The notes under the pieces were generated by a model, which was not told the origin of the DNA, did no database searches, and saw only the letters and a program-made list of their open reading frames with translations. DNA of 64,000 nt from Octopus vulgaris. Lineage: Eukaryota. The DNA is taken from contig OX597815.1 of NCBI GenBank assembly GCA_951406725.2, positions 167,276,001 through 167,340,000 on the forward strand. The letters are read 5' to 3'. Each line of letters starts with the position of its first letter. Position 1 is the stretch's first letter. Below, in pieces: positions 1 through 13,939 of the stretch. The position numbers and the translations under genes are program-made.

Positions 1-69
1 GATTAAGTGTATTCATATAAAGATTTAAATGAATCTTCATACACACTGTGCATTTTCAACTTCATTTAT

Positions 70-1117
70 GATTAGTATATACATGCACACATATATATAT
101 ATATACATATATATATATACAGCAATGATCCAATATTTACTGGATATAACAGCCGATAATATACGACGCTATAGTAAAGTACTATTTAATTATATATATA
201 CATATACACACACATATGTATATATATATGTGTGTGTGCATGTACACTCACTTACACACACATATATACGTATGCATATATATGCGTGTGTGCATACATA
301 CACGCATACCATATATACTTGTGGGTGTGTTTATATGAGGATATGATGTAGTCGGATATCTTATTTTGCATTTATCATTATACTAACTAACTAACTAATT
401 AATAAACTAACTCACTAACTAACTGGCTGACTAACTGACTTGCCTACACACTATCCAATCAGTAGGTGGGTAGGTAAATAAACTGTTAGTTTCGGTCTAG
501 CTGTCATATCAGATATGTATTTTCACCCCACAAATAATCTACTATATTCGCCAACACTTCCAATCTATTTTTATATATGTTTTAACTGAAAAAAAATTTT
601 ATACGGTGTTGATGTTGAAGTTGGTGTTAGTGTTACTGATGTGATTTGTGGTTGTGGGGTGGGGCGAGGTGTATATATTTGTGTGTTTGCAGGAAGGAAT
701 CAACACTATTTTTTGCATTTTTTTTTTTTTGCTTCATTTTTGCGATTTTTATTTTTATTTGTTTGCGATCTTTAATGTCAGTAACTTTCCATAAAGGAAC
801 AGTTATTGCTCTGGGATGGTTTAATCAAAACATTAAGCGACACAACATCAATTAGTGATAGCGACTGACGACCGTCGGGTGCCGGGTGTAGGGCGTGGGT
901 GGAGTGTAGGTGAAGAGAGAAACGAGAAAATGAAGAGGGGAAGGACGAGAGAGTGAGAAAAAAAAAGAATGAAGTTAAAATAAAAAAAGAATATCTATGC
1001 CTGGGTAGCTTAAAATGGCTGTAATCGGTTGGGGGACGGTGGAGGATGTTGACGTTGGACGGAGGAACAAATGAAGGAATATAAAATATAAGGGGTGAGC
1101 AGGAAGAAAGTGACAAG

Positions 1118-1148
<31 letters not shown>

Positions 1149-1481
1149 CATGGAAGGAATTGAACTGAAGAATCGTGACACAGCCCCCATGAACGCGTCA
1201 GCTTCAGAATGCTTCTTCATCATTGCTCCATACATAAATACATACATACATACATACATACATACATACATACATACATACATACATACATACATACATA
1301 CATACATACTAACAGGTATATATACAAGCACATCATGCAATACACGCATACGTAGTAATATATGTATTATGTATACAGACATACATACATACAGACAGAC
1401 AGACAGATAAATAGATAGCTAGATAGATAGATATATAGATAGATAGGGATGGATACAGATAGGTATCTATCTATCTATCTA

Positions 1482-1537
<56 letters not shown>

Positions 1538-1770
1538 TAGATGTTGATAGGGACATAAATATAAACGAATGTTATCGAGAACATCTTGTTCACACACACG
1601 TTTGAACAATCGCACATAAACTCACGCATATTAATAGATTTGCACACGCTGTCATTCATCTCTGTATTTATTTATGTGTCTTCTCGAGTATGGAGTGCGT
1701 GCACGCATACACGTACATTAATAGACATAAAAGATTTATATGCATATACATATAATAGAAGTATATATAC

Positions 1771-1803
<33 letters not shown>

Positions 1804-1950
1804 TGTGTGTATGTGTATGTGTGTGTGTGTATACATATTTAGAATGCATATACATATAATAAAAGCATATATATATATATATATACATACATACATACAT
1901 AATACATATTTAGAATCCACACACATATAAAATCATACACGTATACATTC

Positions 1951-1981
<31 letters not shown>

Positions 1982-2008
1982 AGTGTGTGTGTACAGGTAT
2001 ATGTATAG

Positions 2009-2057
<49 letters not shown>

Positions 2058-2220
2058 TCATATGCATGCAATAACACACGTGCGTATATAATTATGCATG
2101 AATGCATGCATGCACGTATGTCTGTATGTATGTATGCATGCATTTATATGTGTGTGTATGCATGTATATATATACTTATGTGTGTGTACCCGTGTATGTA
2201 TGTATACATACGTATGATTG
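70..2220. repeat. Compound microsatellite field: (TA)n, (CA)n, (TAAC)n, (AG)n, (TACA)n, (GATA)n
   Basis: Directly visible simple repeats, e.g. (AG)n ~1118-1146, (TACA)n ~1230-1308, (TA)n ~1484-1531. The overlapping ORFs are repeat translations. Confidence 0.95.
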
Positions 2221-2679
2221 TATGTAGGGCAACGTTGTGATGTGGTGCATGTAAACTCATTAGCCAGACGATGATGACGCCCAAACCGTATGCGAACCAA
2301 GATAAGCGCGAGTGACGTCACAGTGGCTAACTGTGAAAACCAGGAAGAGCAGACTACTTCGAAGACAGTGGCCCCAACTGTTTAGAAGATAGCAGCCTGA
2401 ACTTGTTGATATAAACAATCTGACTATCTTTTTTCCTTCTCCCCTAGCTCTTCACCATCTGATGTCAGCATCTTCAATAAACTTTGCAAACGTAAATTTG
2501 CCCGTATGCTCATCGGGTAAAAACAAATACGGTGATGCTACGGGAAAGTGTTCAGTGTCTACGATGTTGCAGTCACGCAGACAGACCCATGCAAAGTCTT
2601 TATGTTGCAGTATGCTAAATTCGGAAAAGCCATGTTGTTGTTGTTGTTGTTCTGATAATAACAATAAAAATATACAACA

Positions 2680-3330
2680 AATAACCTCAGAGTATGTGGT
2701 GATGTAGAAGAAACAATAAATCTTATTGTTCCTGTTCGCCCAATCCTGGCTAAATAGCAATACATTAACAGACACGACAGATTTGGGACCTATATGCACT
2801 GGAAGATGTGCCAACACTATGGAATAACAACAGAAAAAAATGGTATAGGCACACACCAGAAAAGGTCACAGAAAATGAGAAAACAACCATTCTCTAGGAT
2901 ATGCCAATACAAACAGATAGAGAAATTAAGGCCAATACTCCGGAAATAGTCGTCAGAGATCATCAAGAAAAATGCTTTCTAATCGATGTATCAATACCAA
3001 CATATGACAATGTTTCTCTAAAAGAAACGGAGAAACTTTCAAAATACAAAGATCTGGGAATAGAGGTAACTCGAATGTGAAATCTAAAAACAGAAACAAT
3101 TCCTATCATAGTAGAGCATTAGGTATGATAAAAAATATTCAGACAAATACATAACAAATACACCAGGATTTAAAAGTATATATAGCATACAGAAAATAGC
3201 ACTGCTATGCACCGCACACACCCTACGTAAAACACTTTCAATAAAGTGAAAATAAGAGCATTACAGCAAACCGCAGCACATACCCAAGACATACAGAACT
3301 GCAATCAGTAGTACAGTGAATAATAATAAA
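2680..3330 (+). mobile_element. Decayed 3' end of an R4/Dong-like RLE non-LTR retrotransposon (CCHC knuckle plus restriction-like endonuclease)
   Basis: Manual translation: RVCGDVEETINLIV..PILAK*QYINRHD..HWKMC..WYRHTPEKV..IL*DMPIQTDREIKANTPEIVV..IDVSIP..EKLSKYKDL. These match the RHD, IQTD, PDIV and KxxKY motifs. The fragment has internal stops and ends in aataataataaa. Confidence 0.85.
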
Positions 3331-3599
3331 AGCACTCAGAGAGCGCAACACCAGCGTTCTCTCAACGATTAGTCGGAGATGATTTTCGAAATGAGAATAT
3401 CTGAAATAAACACGACTGCCCTCACAAACGAGAGTACTAAAAATGAACCTGACTTCTCTCAATAGTTAAGTAAAGAAAAAAACGGAAAAATATTCCAAAA
3501 TCCTTGTCCAGTACTGATCGATCCCAATCGTAATCATGGAATGTGAAGGTGTTTGTAATGCTATGTGTGTGTCGTCTGCAGTTGGAACAGGGACAGTTT

Positions 3600-3775
3600 T
3601 CTCTATGAAAGCCTTTTTTAGTCTATCCACTGATATAGTGTCTTTACGACCATTAAGGTCTATAGTGAAAATGTTATCCGTGCGTGAAAGGAAACGGAAA
3701 GGATCTGCGTCGGGTGCTGTTAACGGAGGTTCAACAACATCGTTGCGCACGAAAACGTGAATCCAAGAAGTAAAG
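3600..3775 (-). mobile_element. Gypsy/Ty3 integrase C-terminal (GPY/F region) fragment
   Basis: FVRNDVVEPPLTAPDADPFRFLSRTDNIFTIDLNGRKDTISVDRLKKAF matches the VFVRxD..PLxxPYxGP(F/Y)..TVSIDRLKPAF pattern. Confidence 0.75.
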
Positions 3776-4188
3776 CTTCCATGAAGGCAGAGCTAGAAAT
3801 GCAATTGTCAAGTAGGTAAAACTAAAATTTGTCGAGGATAAATTAAATTTATTATTGTTACTGAATATGTTAGTGTTATTCAATTTTTGAACGGTTTTGC
3901 TGACATTTGTTTATGTAGTTTGATTTCCTTATCCATCAGTTTCTACTAAGATAGAGACGCAAGTAAAATTAATTATAGAGAAACTAAAATAATACTTTGG
4001 AAACAGCAACGCCACTATAAATTTCGTGGAAACCATGAGCATTCTTTCAAGGGAGATAATCAAAGAAAGACTTGAAAGTGAACGTAAGAACGTAATACTT
4101 CATGTAATTTAAAATGAATATGACAAATAATCCATAATCCTTGTCCGGTACTGGATCGATCCCCAAATCTAATCAGTTCGTGCCAGTC

Positions 4189-4399
4189 ACGAGGCCAAGC
4201 ATCTCTGAAATTTTCATTGGAATCCATCCAGCGATTCTTGAGATATCTTGTCTACGGACAAACAAACAAACAACATGACTGAAAACAATACGTAGGTATT
4301 GTTTTCAGTCGTGTTAGTTTGCTTGTTTGTCCGTAGACAAGATATCTCAAGAACCACTGAATGGATTCCAATAAAAATTTCAGAGATGGTTGGCCTCGT
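4189..4399. repeat. Imperfect ~103-bp-arm palindrome (tail-to-tail ends of a MITE-like element)
   Basis: The centre reads gaaaacaatac-gtag-gtattgttttc (4281-4306). The arms share tcttgagatatcttgtctacggacaaacaa and its reverse complement. Confidence 0.85.
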
Positions 4400-5340
4400 A
4401 TTGTGCCAGTTTTGAGCACTCGCTAACGATGTGCCATAGCGTTTCACCCCTCTCACCATACATTTTGTTTTTGTCTCTGTCGGTATTGTTGTCTATTCTG
4501 CACTACACATAGCTCATCCTTAACGCTTGTGATTTAACTCAGGTTCGGTCTTATCCCTTGTAAGATTTATGTGAGTAGCGGGTTACTACCTGTAATCTTA
4601 GTTATCCACAAGCTCAACTTTGTTTTTACAGTCGTAAGATTTCATCCACTGTACAGTCCGGCTACATCGTGTACCTGTCAGAAGTATACAAACAGGCTTA
4701 TGAAGAAATGCTGCGACCAAAATTAAGGAAAGTGATAGAAAACACAGAAATAAAAAGAAACAAAATATTCTCAACATCCTCCAATCATTGGAATGAGAAA
4801 GATCGCAACATCAACGGCCAGAAGAATTTCAAAACTAACATAGACTGAATGGGTCTATAAAAGAGAAAAGTCGTGAGTCAGGGCAAATGAGTGATCGGTG
4901 TCTACAAACCACAAATTTTGTTAGCAACAAGACCGAAAAAATCTGAACGTTCACGGACTAGCATGCAAACCAGTAAACAAACAAACTGATAAAAAATAAA
5001 ACATTTCAAAATTTGGTTGTCCGTACCGGGCGTGTGATGCCTGGTTCCATGCAGGACGTGTGGTTTTCCAGCATGACATTGCTGAACGATCAGCCAGATA
5101 TTGGTTTGAAGGCAGTATAACTGGATACCTACCTAGAGAGTCTACTGCAACTCTCGACCGAAAACGTAGAGTACTGCGGAATGTAAATTTCAATAACTGA
5201 GCTAGTGAATGTGTCGAGTATTTGCGCAAGGGGTAATTCGCCAAGACTGAATATTCTTTCTGCCAGCTTTACTTATTCATTCATGTTAGTCTTGATCTCT
5301 GTTGTCTTATTTCCAGGCTAAAGCAATTGCTTCAGTTTTA

Positions 5341-5539
5341 GGCACGAGGCCCGAAATTTTGTGAAAGTGGGTGAGTCGATACATTGACTTCAATGCTCGA
5401 CTGATAATTATTTAATTGATCCTGAGAGGATGAAAGGTAGAGTCGACCTCGGCGGAGTTTGAACTCAGAACATAAAGCCGAAAGATATGCCGTTAATCTC
5501 ATTGTCTGGCGTGCTAACGATTCTGCCCACTTGCCGCCT
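5341..5539 (-). mobile_element. tRNA-derived SINE family A (MetaSINE-like core)
   Basis: Contains ggatgaaagg..gtcgacctcggcggagtttgaactcagaac, the reverse complement of a B box plus gtcgac..cctttcatcc core. About 10 copies occur in the window. Confidence 0.8.
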
Positions 5540-7049
5540 ACAACATACAGTAATTCCAAGCTGGTTCACAGCACTCTCGCCAAGGTGAACTAAGGATTGG
5601 TGATGATGCTGAGGAAGGGAACGAGTATGGTTATTGGAATATACGACTTCAGGCTCATAAATTTGCCAAAAGATTTTAGTAATAGTGCTCACCAAGAACT
5701 TCGTGTTTATTGTTGATAGAGAATAAAACATAAACTTATGCGACATTGAATTCACAGATCAATTCACAATTACTCCCTTCTCATAAGATTCGTTGTGATA
5801 TGAATCGGGAATATTTTTTAGCTGTGATGAAGTGATTATCTATTTGAATCCGTTTAATGCTTACAATCTAAATTACCATTGCTACCCGATAACTTCCCTC
5901 AGAACAACAGGCTGCAGTTTCTTCTTTAGGGACTGAATCGCAAAAACGTACAGTGCCGTGCAAACAACGTACAAACTAAACGATTATTTTGCAAAATTAT
6001 TTTACACTGAATGACCGTTCCACCAAGGATTAAACTATCTGTTTTGACAATGGAGTTGTTCCTGCGAAAATGCATTCCCTCCATACTGGCACATTGAACA
6101 GCTGTGTCTGCATTCACAGACATCACCATGATGTCAGACACTTGGGAAATCCTAATGGTCAGTTCACGGAGTTTCTTCTAAATCCATACTATTATTTATT
6201 TCTTAAACCACATCTAAACGTTATAGATAACGTTATAGATAGCGTGTGTCAGCTATTACCTATAATAGAGATGTAGAGAATGATAGAATGGTTGATAACA
6301 TGTATTAGTTACGTCATGAATTCGTGGGAAACTCTGCTCAGTCTCAATTTTTCTCAAATTGAAGTCAGTATCACACACACACTCACACACACACACACAC
6401 ATGTATGAATGTGTGTATGCATATTCATATACAGACAGACACAGATAGGCACACACACATATAATATATATGTGTGTTTACCACATACATACATACATAC
6501 AGAAACACACACACACATATAATATGGTAAATATTTTGCCACTAATTTATCAACAAATTCATCAACCATTAAAATAAATTGTTTTTATTTTATTTGTCAA
6601 AATTTTGAAATTTATATTCTAGTTTCATTTTTAAAACAATGGGCTGCTTATTAAGGATATTGGTCTCAAAATTCTATTGCCGAGTTTTTTCGGTAATTTT
6701 AGAATTTTGACAAATACTTTTGATTAGCTCAAAGAGATATGCGCCAGATATAACAATTTCTTATTTTGATTTGAAAGCAGTCATCCACGATTTCTTTTCT
6801 CGTGTAGTAGTATTTTCTTTTCTTTCCCATTCTTTCTCCTCCCTGGTATTATTTTGTTAGTTTCTTTTAAAAATCCATTTCATATGTGTATTTTCGACTG
6901 ACCTAATGCCATATTTTGCTGACTGTGCATCATTTTTCATTATATAAATAAAGTCTGCGCCTTTGTACGCCTCTGAAATCCAGTACCACAGCAAATATTT
7001 TCTTGTATCTCTAGTCTAATCATCCTAATTTGTTTTTATTAGTTCTGCC

Positions 7050-7161
<112 letters not shown>

Positions 7162-7172
7162 TATATTTATAT

Positions 7173-7640
7173 ACGAGCAAAACGCCTCCCGTCCAATGTT
7201 GTCAAACATTTAAACCAAATTTTCTTTGAGAATCACTGATTTAACTTAAATTTGAGACACTAGCGAAAGAAGAAATAAAGATAGACTTTTTTTCTATTCC
7301 AAAGAATTTATTCACACAAATATGCAACCGAAGAGTTTAAAGTAGCAGTAATAATTAGGCTGTTGACTGGGAGAACACAAACATGGTTTAAACAGTAAGC
7401 TTGGCAGGAAAGAAACGTGCCTTTAAGCAGTACAAAAACAACAAAAAATGGAAGGTGCAGTTATGTACAGGTTGACGGAAGAAAAGCAGGACAAAAACTG
7501 CTTTATCGATCGCATTCTCACCTGGAATTGATTTTTGTAAGTTATACCGTCGGTATCTACATATCAGATTTGAGCACAATCGGATGGAGGATGCTCGAGA
7601 TCCTAGAAGACACAGAGAAAGACAGACAGACCGGATTTTA
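7173..7640 (-). mobile_element. Non-autonomous Helitron-like element (same family as 57307-57672)
   Basis: Shares acgagcaaaacgc..ccgtccaatg..gatcgcattctcacctggaat..caatcggatggaggatgc..acagacagac with the copy at 57.3 kb. Confidence 0.6.
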
Positions 7641-7643
7641 TAT

Positions 7644-7783
<140 letters not shown>

Positions 7784-8248
7784 TATATACATATATATAT
7801 ATGTATGTATGTATATATATATATATCAGTCTTGCCCTGCCAATATACACATATATTTAGAATTTTCTCTGATTTCTCAGATTTTTAGTATGCTAGACTA
7901 TTGGTTTTAAATTGATATTGAAATTAATATTAATTTATCTCCCTCATTATTTAAATATATATATATATATATATATATTCATGTATGTGCATGTATTTTG
8001 TACGTATATCGGTGAATAATTACGTCATTTGTGACAGATTTCCAACAAATCTGGCTACTAATACACCTTCGAACGCAGAATGGATGAAACAGGGACAACT
8101 GAAGAATGGGAATATTCTTCATGTTGCATTTCTCGTTTCTCTGTTTTTTTTCGTTGTTCCCAAAAAAGTTCGTTTTTGTTCTTATGTTTTTATGTTTTCG
8201 TTTCTCATTGTGTTCTACGTTTTTTTTATGTCTTCTACCCTTATACGC

Positions 8249-8301
<53 letters not shown>

Positions 8302-8592
8302 CATATATATGTAGTATGTACATATAAGTATGTATATATGCATATATTTATATATTATTTATATTATTATATGATTGAACTCCACGCATCGTTTTCCAAG
8401 TAAGTTTTATACTAATACACTGCATCTCTGACGGCAACTTGAGGATATAGGGAGTATGTGTAATTCGGTAACGAATTCATATAGAGAAAGACTTCGATGA
8501 GTACTGCGTTTTCGATTATCCCTCTATAGCTTGCATCATTTGCCGATATGTATATATTGTGCTTTTGAGAATAATTTGTTTTTTCTAGTTTA

Positions 8593-8790
8593 GGCACAAA
8601 GCCCGAATTTTGGCGGGAGGGGGCCGGTCGATTAGATCGATCCCAGTGCCCAACTGGTATTTAATTTATCGGCCCTGAACGGATGAAAGGCAAAGTCGAC
8701 CTCGGCAGAAATTGAACTCAGAACGTAGCGGCAGACGATATACCATTGAGCATTTCGCTCGGCGTGATAACGTTTCTGCCAGCTCGCTGC
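8593..8790 (-). mobile_element. SINE family A
   Basis: Contains ggatgaaaggcaaagtcgacctcggcagaaattgaactcagaacg..gtttctgccagctcg. Confidence 0.85.
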
Positions 8791-9023
8791 ATTTTGTTTA
8801 CATATATCATAATTTCACATATAGCGTCTATAAAAACTAAATTTATAAGTTCAAAAATTGCAGAAGGAATTTGTTACTGGACAGTTTTGCTTAAAGGTAA
8901 AGCACTCTGACGGGTAATCACAGAGATGTGAGTTTGTGTCTCATGGCTGGCCGCTAACAATTCTTTCTGCAATATAAAGGGATGTTCAATGCTATTCAAC
9001 ATTAGTATTATGCGCTTGAGAAT

Positions 9024-9116
<93 letters not shown>

Positions 9117-9191
9117 CACTTATATCAGAAAAGAAGCACACTTTAAAGAATAGAACAGTAAGTATTACAGCAAAAGGTTAAATTCTGGTTG

Positions 9192-9255
9192 TAGAGTTAC
9201 CAATGGTTTCGTATCCATGAAAGCCACAATGTTGTGGACAGCTCGTCAGACTCTA
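9192..9255 (-). ncRNA. Type I minimal hammerhead ribozyme (PLE terminus)
   Basis: Minus strand: TAGAGT-CTGACGA-G(C)TGTCCA..TGGATAC-GAAAC-CATTG-GTA-ACTCTA. Stem I is a perfect 6 bp, the core is canonical and the cleavage triplet is GUA. Confidence 0.85.
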
Positions 9256-9389
9256 TACAAAATTTAACTTTCCACCACGCGGACTTGAGGAAATGCTAAG
9301 ATAACGAGATTTGGATCAGAGGATATAAAAAGCCTTTACAGACTCGTATTAGCCTAACAACAAAAAGGAAGAACCAATTTTCCAGTCGG

Positions 9390-10130
9390 TAGCGTTTGAA
9401 ATGGACACATTTAGAGAAAATTTCTCAAAGACCATTCAACGCGCCAGGTTTAGCTACGGCCACTCCCATTAACATATGGGCCTGGGTGTTCTATTATTTT
9501 CCACCTGGTATCACATGGAGTCCGTTGATCGTTGAGCTGCTACACATGGCTGGCTAACGACGTGACAAAGTGTCTTTCTGAGTCTCTGAAGGATGACCAA
9601 TGGTTACGGAAGAATCCTTTGAAAGATGTACTGGCTGACCCGATGTATTTACAAGCTTGGAAGATGACTATATTCGCACTCCTGGTATATTTCTGGTAGG
9701 CTCCGGGTCTGGGAATGTTGCTGAAATTGTCGTTATGACGCAATGATCCAGCGGTGATATCACCGTAGTTATCGTTTCTGGCCATATGATTGGCGATGAT
9801 GCTACCGGCGTTAGTATGGGTGTGGCTGGTGATACCATATTGTGTAGCTCCATCGGTGTCGATGATAAATGTTTAGTTATCATCTGTAGTGGTAGTACTG
9901 GGGTCACTGGTTGTCTCCTCTGTGACGCTGGTTTCGGATTGGTCATCGGCTCTAGCTGTGGCGATTGAACTTATGGTAACATATGGTGCGGTGCCTGTCA
10001 CTCTATCGATGTTGATAATAATGGTTTGTTCATCATTTGTGGCGTTGGTACTGAGGTTGTTGGTTACCTCCTCTGTGTCACTGGTCCCACACTGGTCCTC
10101 CTCTATGGCTGTGGCGAATGTACTGGCGTG
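9390..10130 (-). mobile_element. Penelope-like element fragment: T/P-rich repeated linker plus decayed GIY-YIG endonuclease
   Basis: Translation reads ANIVIFQACKYIGSASTSFKGFFRNHWSSFRD..TSLASHV*QL..WKII..PYVNGSG, a PLE-type GIY-YIG. An HHR lies downstream on the same strand. Confidence 0.7.
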
Positions 10131-10434
10131 AGAGCTGCCTCCTCTGTTGATTTACAGCTTACAAGGAATAAAATTCACAGCTTATGAGGAATAACATCTG
10201 TTTAACTTAATTCCTCATTATTTTAAATATATATCTGTGTGGGCATGTATTTTGAATGTTTTAAAGTATTTTTAATATTTGTTTTATTTCCTGTTGTTCG
10301 ATCAAGGGCAATACCTGTACATTGATTTATGTGAAAATGGCTGATTCCTGCAAAAACTTGTAAGATTAACGTAATCCTCAGGTTGAACAGACGTAATATA
10401 ATACGAGAGAAAACTTGCTCAATGAATCGTAGCT

Positions 10435-10720
10435 ATAGCACATCTGAAGTCATCATTATCAACACCTAGTCCTTACTCACTCGAGTTCTGGGTCTTCTAG
10501 GGCCAGTTACCTGGTTTACATCGCATATAGCGAGATCACAACTCAACGGGATGTTACTCTCTCGTAGGGTACCTCATCTTAAGTTAAGTAAACTGAAGCA
10601 ACGTGAAGTGAAGTGTTTTCTAAACAACGCAATAAAGAACACAGCACACCACCCGATCCGGCTGTCGAAACCACGACCTTGCGAACATGAATACAACACC
10701 CTAATAACTAATCCACAGGA
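10435..10720 (-). mobile_element. Degenerate tRNA-derived SINE
   Basis: Contains actgaagcaacgtgaagtgaagtg..gtcgaaaccacgaccttgcga..accctaa, resembling the reverse complement of the family B/C head. Confidence 0.5.
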
Positions 10721-11155
10721 CTACTCGTCCGACGATTTTTCGGCTACGAATTTTTACAAAGAAAATTAAGGGTAGCTTCAAGAATATTTTCAAATGTCGA
10801 AAATATTCGTCAAAGACGTGGCCAAGCAACTTTGTGCCCAAGCCCACATGCTTGCACAGTGAACTTCTATAGCATTCTGCATGTCCTATACAGTGTGTGT
10901 GTGTATGTATTCATATAAGTATGTATGCATGTACGTATGCACATCTGTGTATATATATATATATATATATATAGATCAATAAATGGTGGGGTTGTCTTGA
11001 CACGTCATACAATGACGAAAACCGGTTGAATAAGTATATATTTATATATTTTATCAATTTCTCATGTTATTAAAATTTTCTTTCATTTGAGCATTCTGCA
11101 TTTAAAAAAAATTTTTCCTTACTATATATATATATATATATTTATATGTATTTAT

Positions 11156-11190
<35 letters not shown>

Positions 11191-11248
11191 GTATATATAT
11201 ATATGCGAAAATGTATATAAATACACGTACGTAAATTTATCTATCTAC

Positions 11249-11309
<61 letters not shown>

Positions 11310-11337
11310 CGTCTATATATATATACATGTATGTATG

Positions 11338-11391
<54 letters not shown>

Positions 11392-12479
11392 GCATGTACA
11401 TACACACATATATATATATACACCACACGTATGTGTGTGTGTACATAGATATCATCATGCTTGTTTACAAATATACATCCATGTTCTGTGGGTTGTCTCC
11501 ACTAAAGTATACAGTATCTTACACGCACGCACACTCACACAGAAATACACTCACACACGCATGCATATACAGACACACACACGCAAATACGCAAACGCGC
11601 GTACAAGCATACATTCATACATAATTCCAGAATGTAATCTACATGTGTCTCTGCGTATATTGAACACTTATGCGTATATGTGTGTAGGGAGGGGAACGTC
11701 TGCATGTGTAAGTATGCGTGTTTATACGTACGTGCGTGTGTGAGTGCGTACACGCGCGTGTGTATGTGTGTGTGTTCGTGCGTGCATGTAAGAGCGAGAT
11801 CTAGAAATTTTGGCCAGGCGAGAACTGTGGAAATATTGTTCACCAATGATGGCGCAAAAAGATGAGTAAAAGTTTGTTTAAAAGGTGAAGCCGTAAATAA
11901 TAGTTAGTCTGTTCGACTTTGAGATCTACGCAGACTATAAGAATACTGTCTGTAAATTTCTCTTGAAGCAGATGAGCTTCGGGCCAAGAAACACACCAAA
12001 ATAAATAACATAACATTTATTAAAAAAATAACAGATACGAACTACTACGAAAGTCAACTTGGAAGAAATTCCTCAAACGTAGTTATGTGATGAGAAATAA
12101 CAAATCTGTTTTATGTCAAGTTAATTTATTCAATTAACGATATAAAAAGGGCCAAAACGACCCTATAGCAAAATATATATAAAAAAACACAACGTAATTA
12201 AAACACTTGTTGATTGTTAAGTCCTGATGTATGTCTTTGTACGCAAATGTGTGTGAGAGTGTGTGTATTTACAAATATATATGGCTCGCGCGTGTGCGTT
12301 TGTGTGTGTGTGTATGTGTGTGAGTGGAAGAGTATGTATATATGTATGTATTTATATATATATATATGCATAAATGTATATGTGTGTATACATACATATG
12401 TATGTATGTATGTATGTGTGTATGTATGAATGAATGTTTGTACATGTATATGTGTTGCTGCGTTTCCATCCCAAATTAA

Positions 12480-12766
12480 TGGTTCCACGTTCAGTTCTAC
12501 ATTGGGCCAGTGTCTTCAACCATAGCCCCGGGCACACCATGGTCCTTTGAGTGAATTTTAACGAAAACTGAAAAAAAAAACCCCTCTTATATATGCATAA
12601 ATACATCCGATCATTTCAGTCTGAAGAGTCACCTATAGACCTATGCGCCTGATAGGTGCGAAACCAATGAACACTCTCTGATCGGCGATAACAAACAACC
12701 TTCTAAATGTGTGTGTGTGTGCGCGCACACGCATGCGCGTATCTATGCATATATGTAAATATAGAT

Positions 12767-12826
<60 letters not shown>

Positions 12827-12914
12827 GGAAGAATAGATAGATGGATAGATGAATTGATAGATAGATGTATAGATGGAGGGATAGATATATGGATAGCTAG
12901 ATAGATAGATAGAT

Positions 12915-12945
<31 letters not shown>

Positions 12946-12946
12946 T

Positions 12947-12986
<40 letters not shown>

Positions 12987-13027
12987 GTAGGTAGGTAGGT
13001 AGGTAGATAGATAGATAGATAGGTAGG

Positions 13028-13116
<89 letters not shown>

Positions 13117-13255
13117 TTTATGCACATTTATATCTATTCATGTGTGTCTTTGGGTTTGTTTTTTTCCGCGGCAGTATAACAACTGGCAATGATTTGTTCG
13201 ACAAAACACTTCAGGTAACCTAGTATGGCTGCAATCTAATGAGTGAAACAAAAAA
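12480..13255 (+). mobile_element. Degenerate composite SINE family D/E with expanded internal (CA)n/(GATA)n
   Basis: The 5' part reads ggttccacgttcagt..ttgggccagtgtcttc..gaaaactgaaa. The 3' part reads gtgtctttgggtttgtt..tagtatggctgcaatctaatgagtgaaacaa. Confidence 0.5.
12618..12676 (+). ncRNA. Degenerate hammerhead-like motif
   Basis: AGT-CTGAAGA-G(T)CACCTAT..ATAGGTGC-GAAAC-CAATG..; helix II is good but no clean NUH cleavage triplet is present. Confidence 0.4.
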
Positions 13256-13317
13256 AAATAAAAATGTAAAATATATGTATCTCTCTCTCTCTCTCTCACT
13301 CCTTCTCTCTCTCTCTC

Positions 13318-13409
<92 letters not shown>

Positions 13410-13411
<2 letters not shown>

Positions 13412-13937
13412 GGGATTGGACTAAATAATGGAAACACCTCGCATCATAGCATTATAATTTAGAAATATCTCTAAAACCGTCGAAAGCTTGTTTATTTTTA
13501 TACTTTTTTAAATTTCTTATTATTGTTGCTTAATATCTTTTGCTAAAATTCCTGTTTCTTTTCAGATATAACCAGAAAAAGATAATTAAAATTCATTAAA
13601 ATGACAGATCTATCGGACTTTCGAAGAGGTCAAATTGCCGGAGCTTGTAAGGCATGTGCTAGCGTAACAAAAACAGCCAAAATGTTTTGTGAGCCATGAA
13701 GTACTGAGGGAAAAAACCTCCTCGTCGAAACAAAACTCCGGAAGAAAACCAAAACTTTCAGATAGGCACCGTCGGGCTCTTACGCGAATTGTCAGAAAAG
13801 ATCACAAAAGTACAGCTCCCCAAATTACTGCACTGCTTAATGACTACCTCGAGAACCCAGTTTCCATAAAAACTGTTCGCCGGAAGCTGCACAAAGCTGG
13901 ATTTCACGGGAGGGCTACAATCAGTAAGCCACTACTG
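13410..13937 (+). mobile_element. Tc1-like transposon 5' part (TIR plus N-terminal HTH domains)
   Basis: TIR-like agggattggactaaataatggaaacacct follows (TA)n. From 13601 the translation reads MTDLSDFRRGQIAG..GRKPKLSDRHRRALTRIVRKDHKSTAPQI..VSIKTVRRKLHKAGFHGR..KPLL, with a frameshift. Confidence 0.85.
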
Positions 13938-13939
13938 AG

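Noticed and set aside
2426-2630. Strong polypyrimidine-TAG acceptor followed by open frames
   Set aside because: No recognisable protein or partner exon was found, so it cannot be supported without RNA data.
5930-6160. Minus-strand VERSFS..KIILQNNR resembling a hAT-like transposase C-terminus
   Set aside because: It requires a frameshift and has too little flanking similarity.
8095-8126. CTGAAGA hairpin (also CTGATGAAGGG at ~50851)
   Set aside because: There is no downstream GAAA plus helix III, so it is not callable as an HHR.
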